From Phoronis australis (taxonomy: Eukaryota > Animalia > Phoronida), in the NCBI GenBank assembly GCA_002633005.1, contig NMRA01000368.1, positions 384,522 to 448,521 on the forward strand: a stretch of 64,000 nt of DNA, written 5' to 3'. Positions 63,039 to 64,000 of the stretch are shown here, piece after piece; the first letter of the stretch is position 1, and every line of letters begins with the position of its first letter. Under the pieces are notes generated by a model. It searched no databases. It worked only from the letters and a program-made list of their open reading frames with translations, and was not told where the DNA came from. The position numbers and the translations under genes were made by a program.

Positions 63039-63277
63039 CTAACCATGAAAACCTGCCATAAACACATTGCAATAGCCTATCATTTCTACTCCAGGAATCA
63101 CTTCTTGTATTGGCGACATGGTTGCGTAAATGAGAGAAGGGGTGCCGGGGCTATTGAGTAGCGAACAAAATGAGCTTGTACGTCACAGCAAGGTGAGATG
63201 AGGATGACGTTTTTTTTGGGTAATGTTGGAGGAGTCCCTTTACTTTATCCAAGGAGGAGGATTTATTAGTTAGGGGG

Positions 63278-63396
63278 CCAGGGCAGAGTATTATAGCCAG
63301 GATTTTGCCTGTCAGACATTCGCACCCCTGAACTGAATGAAATCTGTTTTAGGGTGGTAGTGGCCCCCTTGGCTCCCTCCTCCAAATCCGCCACTG
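63278..63396 (-). mobile_element. CAGTGGCGGAT-family MITE, inverted
   Basis: Ends CCAAATCCGCCACTG; CAGACATTCGCACCCC is the reverse complement of GGGGTGCGAATGTCTG at 62409. Confidence 0.6.
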
Positions 63397-64000
63397 ATAT
63401 CCATATAGTGCAGTGTTGAGATGATCGAGAACATGATCTCTATATGTCGACTACATTAGTATAGACACGGTTACATCTGGTGGCTGACCACTGGTCCAAC
63501 TTACGTTGGGGGCAGTAGAGATCATTGGAAACAGTTAATGCACGGGTGAGAAACAACATGACTGCCGATCCTCTAAATCGGACTAACTCACCCAAAACAG
63601 GATCTCCGGGGATCAAATGGGACCGTCGCACCAGAAAATGGGACTGACGCACCTAAAAACATGAACGCCCCACCACAAAACAGGACCGCGGGGGACTGAA
63701 CATGACCGCCGGACAATATACGGTTTCAGTCCCCGTCAGTGCCTGTCAGTTTTTTCAGATGATAAAACAGTGCTAAGTTTTCTACTGAGACAAGCCGATA
63801 ACCCGTTTTTTTCATAACAAACTTGAGATCAGCTTCGGCTGAAGTCAGCACTTTTTATGGTCGTACTAATGCGCAGATCTAGAGAGCCACTAACAGTCCA
63901 GCTCGAGGGTTTCTGTCTCCTGTAACTTGATTGGGAACTCTTTACACACAAAATGTTTTCTTGTAGTAGGCCTAATAGAACGAATGACACAGACAGATGT

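Overview
Intron-rich, AT-rich eukaryotic DNA from an invertebrate animal (species not determinable), in a draft assembly with single-N joins at 2016, 14954, 19687, 54306 and 62426. Three host genes: (1) cullin-3 on the minus strand, 12 coding exons from the ATG at 16082 to beyond the left window edge, with two N-centred near-identical duplications that look like uncollapsed haplotypes; (2) a divergently transcribed 13-exon ERICH6/FAM194-like gene (21915-35082, about 726 aa) with a clear U12-type minor intron; (3) a RING/B-box/coiled-coil/NHL TRIM gene with an uninterrupted CDS (59453-61351). The 39-59 kb region is mostly transposon-derived: a full-length decayed RNase-H-bearing LINE with a structured 5' UTR and 10-bp TSD, a Gypsy LTR element inserted into it (138-bp LTRs, 5-bp TSD), a foldback-like inverted array, a second LINE relic, and a THAP/Kolobok-like element inserted into the terminal repeat of another element. 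The most unusual signal is a Helentron-like non-autonomous repeat in cul3 introns whose body is a roughly 150-bp-periodic, co-oriented array of CTCF-consensus motifs, with motif number differing between the two apparent haplotypes. All family assignments come from motif recognition, not from database searches.
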